Made by a program: the position numbers and the translations under genes. A stretch of 64,000 nucleotides of DNA from the human T2T-CHM13v2.0 reference genome, Homo sapiens, in NCBI RefSeq assembly GCF_009914755.1, contig NC_060929.1; one strand, written 5' to 3'. Below, piece after piece: positions 59,510 to 64,000 of this stretch. The stretch's first letter is position 1, and each line of letters opens with the position of its first letter. The notes beneath the pieces are model-generated. The model saw nothing but the letters and a program-made list of their open reading frames with translations, was not told where the DNA came from and did not search any database.

Positions 59510-60432
59510 GCCAATAAATCAGGAGTGGCTAAACTAATACCAGATAAAGTAAACTTCAAAGCAAAATAATTATTACAGACAAAGAGGGATGTTACATTAT
59601 CATAAAATTATCAATCTACCAAGAAAATACAGTGATCTTAGATGTGCATGCATTAAACAACAGAGTTTAAAAATATGTAAAACAAAAACTGATAGCACTG
59701 AAAGGAAAAACAGACAAATCCATATACATAAGCTGGGGATTTCAATACCCCACTCTCAGCAACTGATAGAAATATTAGATGAAAATCAGTAAAGGTATAA
59801 AAGAACTGAACAACACCAACGCACAAGGTGTAACTGACTTTTGTAGAACACTCTACCTCAGAAATGAGAATACAATGTTCTAATAAGTAAGGAGAATACA
59901 AATACTTTTCAAGTGCCCATGAAATATTTACTGAAGTAAGCCACATTCTGGATCAAAAAACCCCAACAATAACAAAAACCCCAACAAATTTAAAAGAACT
60001 GAAATCCTACATAATACATTATCTGACTATAATGAAGTAAAATTAGAAATCATAACAGAAAGAAGGAAAATCCCTACTTAGAAATTAAACAACATACTTT
60101 AAGTAGCCCATGGGCCAAAAAAAAGTCTCAAATAAAGACACAGATAAATGGAAATGAAAATATAACATGTCAAATTTTGTGGGATGCAGCTAAAGCAGTG
60201 TCTGTTGGGAAATTTACAGCACTAAATGCTTACATTAATCAAAAGGAAAGGTCTGAAATTAATAATCTTGTTTTAATTTAATTTAAATAAGTTCTTGTTT
60301 CGAGAACCTAGAAAAAGAAGAGCAAAATAAACCTAAAACAAGCAGAAGGAAATAATATATAAGAGCAGAAATCAACAAAATTAAAAACAGAAAAGCAATA
60401 GACAAAACTGTATGAAACAAAAAGCTGGTTTT

Positions 60433-60781
<349 letters not shown>

Positions 60782-62267
60782 TTATTAAGACAGACAAAGA
60801 TAAAGTGAAAGGGCACAAGTCACCAAAAGCAGTCCGAAATAGAGGATATCATTACGGATCCTGCAATTATTAAAAGGAGAAGAAAGAAATAATATAAATG
60901 ATGTTATAATATTGTTCATAATGCTCATAAACAACTTAGAAGAAATTGACCAATTCCTCAAAAACTACCAACTACCCAAACTTAATTACTTAAATAGTCC
61001 TATTAATCAATCACTACAGAAACTGAAGTTGTAATTTATTTGTTGTTGTTAATTTAAAAAATACTTTTTCTCCAATGTTCTGCTGAATGAAGTTGCAATT
61101 TAAAAGTTCCTACAAAAGAGCTCTCCAGGCCCAGATAATTTCAATAGACAATTCTACCAAACATTTAAATAACAATTAACACCAATTTTACACAAATCTT
61201 TCAAGAAAACAGAAAAGGAAGGAACAAATGATTTTTGAAATCAGTATTCCCAAATGATTTTATGAAATCTGTATTAACCTTACAGCAACACCACACAAAG
61301 ACAGCACAAAAAACGAAAACTGCTTCAACAAATTAGCAAACTGAATTCAGCAATGTATACAAATAATTATTTATAGACCAGTATCAAGTGGGATTCATTG
61401 TACGTATGCAAGGACAGTTAAATATTTGAAAATCAATCCATGTAATTCAGGTCTGAGAAAGAAAATGAATATAATCCTAGAACTAATAAGTTCAGCAAGG
61501 TGAGTTTGCAGGTTACAAGATCAACATAAAAACAAAAATCAACTGCACTTTTATATCTAACAACAAATATGGTATGTGGAAACCAAAACTAAAAACAATA
61601 CCATTTGCAAGAGCATCAAAAAAAAAAAAAAAAAAAAAAAAAAGAAATACTTAGCTATACATTTATAATGTGCAGGATCTGTATGCTGAAAATTATAAAA
61701 TGCTGATGAAGGAAATCAGACCTAAATAAATTAGAAAGACTTACCATATCCATTAACTGGGACATCAATTTGCCCCAAACTGATTTATAGGTTTAATGCA
61801 ATTCCTATCAAAAAGTGTTTTATAGATACAGACAAGCTTATTTAAAAATTTACATGGAAAGCCAAAACAAACTAGAAAAGCTAAAATAATTTTGAAAAAA
61901 ATAAAATAAAATAAACACTCATTCTTCCCAATGTTAAGATTTACTACATCAGTACAGAATCAAAACAGTGCAGTATTGTTAATGAACCAGAAGAGAGAAC
62001 ACAAAAGTAAACCCACACAAATATGTCCAACTATTTTTGACAAAGATACAAAAGCAATTCAATGAAAGGAAGACAGCCTTTTCAACAAATGCTGCTGGAG
62101 CAACTGGACATTGACTGGCAAAAAGATGAATCTCAAACCAAACCTAACACTTTATATAAAAATTACCTCAAAACGGATTGAAGACTTAAATACAAACACA
62201 AAATCATACAACTTTTAGGGAAAAAAATAGAAAATCTTTAGGACCTAAGACAAGCAAAGAGGCCTTA

Positions 62268-62811
<544 letters not shown>

Positions 62812-63325
62812 ATCCCTGTTTCCCTGTCAAAGACACTGTTAAGAGGATAAGAAGACAAACTACAGACAGAAATATCTGCAAACCACGTATCTGACAAAGG
62901 GCATGTGTCTAGTATATACAATGAACTCTCAAAACTCAAATGTTAAAAAAAAAACAAAGCATCCAATTAGTGGGCAAAAGGCCTGATCACTCATTTTCAC
63001 TGAAGAGGATATACAGACAGCAAATAAGCACATGAAAAAACATTCAACATTATTAGCCATTATGGAAATGCAAATTAAAAGCACAATGAGTTATCACTAT
63101 ACAGCTATCATATAGCTGATGGCTAAATGCTAAAATTAAAAAATAGAGATCACACTGAATGCTGGTGAAGATGTAGAGAAATTGAATCATTGCTGGTGGG
63201 AACATAAAATAGTATAACCACTCTGGAAAAGAGTTTGGTAGTTTCTTTTAAAACAAAAACCACACGAATACAACCTAGTAATTGCACTCTCAGGCTTTTA
63301 TCCTATGGAAATGAAAACTTATGTT

Positions 63326-64000
63326 CAAGAGTAGAGAACCCAGAAATAAACCCAAATACTTACAGCCAACTATCTTTGACAAAGCAAACAAAAACATAAA
63401 GTGGGGAAAGGACACCCTTTTCAACAAATGGGGCTGGGACAATTGGCATGCCACATGTAGGAAAATGAAACTGGATCCTTACCTCTCATCTTATACAAAA
63501 ATCAACTTAAGATGGATTAAAGACAAATCTAAGACCTGAAACCATGAAAATGGAAGATAACATTGTAAAAACCCTTCTAGACATTGGCTTAGGCAACGAT
63601 TTCATAACTAAGAACCCAAAAGGAAATGTAATAAAAACAAAGATAAATAGCTGGGACTTAATTAAAGAGCTTTTGCATGGCAAAAGGAACAGTCAGCAGA
63701 GTAAACAGACAACCATAGAGTGGGAGAAAATCTTCACAATCTATACATCTGACAAAGGACAAATATCCAAAATCTATAACAAATTCAAACAAATTAGCAA
63801 GAAAAAAACAAACAATCCCATCAAAAAGTGGGCTAACGATATGAATAGACAATTCTCAAAAGAAGACATACAAATGGCCAACAAATATATGAAAAAATGC
63901 TCAACACTAATGATCAGGGAAATGCAAATCAAAACCACAATGCAATAACCACCTTATTCCTGCAAGAACGATCAAAATCTAAAAATAAAAAAATAATAGA
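63326..64000 (+). mobile_element. L1PB-type ORF2 3' fragment (continues past the window end)
   Basis: [19 protein letters not shown] and [24 protein letters not shown]; younger than the surrounding L1M. Confidence 0.88.

Overview
Primate (very probably human) genomic DNA from the OTP-TBCA interval; both genes are on the minus strand. The left end holds the first coding exon of the homeobox gene OTP (MLSHADLLDARLG, 1095-1131), part of its intron 1, and about 8 kb of upstream DNA with no recognisable transposons, where CpG islands alternate with AT-rich blocks dense in homeodomain motifs. The middle ~44 kb is intergenic and mostly Alu, L1, L2, MIR, MaLR/ERVL LTR and hAT fossils, with two repeat-poor islands. 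The right end holds the last two coding exons of TBCA (tubulin-folding cofactor A), its 3'UTR and part of intron 2. I see no new gene, RNA gene, CRISPR array or clearly new biological system. The best leads are a possible upstream non-coding OTP exon with a uORF, a recurring AATTAGTGC motif upstream of OTP, inverted Alus around in-frame TBCA exon 3, and several unusual retrotransposon structures (a tail-to-tail L1, a templated insertion, a triple Alu at one target site). Gene names come from recalled protein sequences. Repeat subfamily names and repeat boundaries are by eye and approximate.
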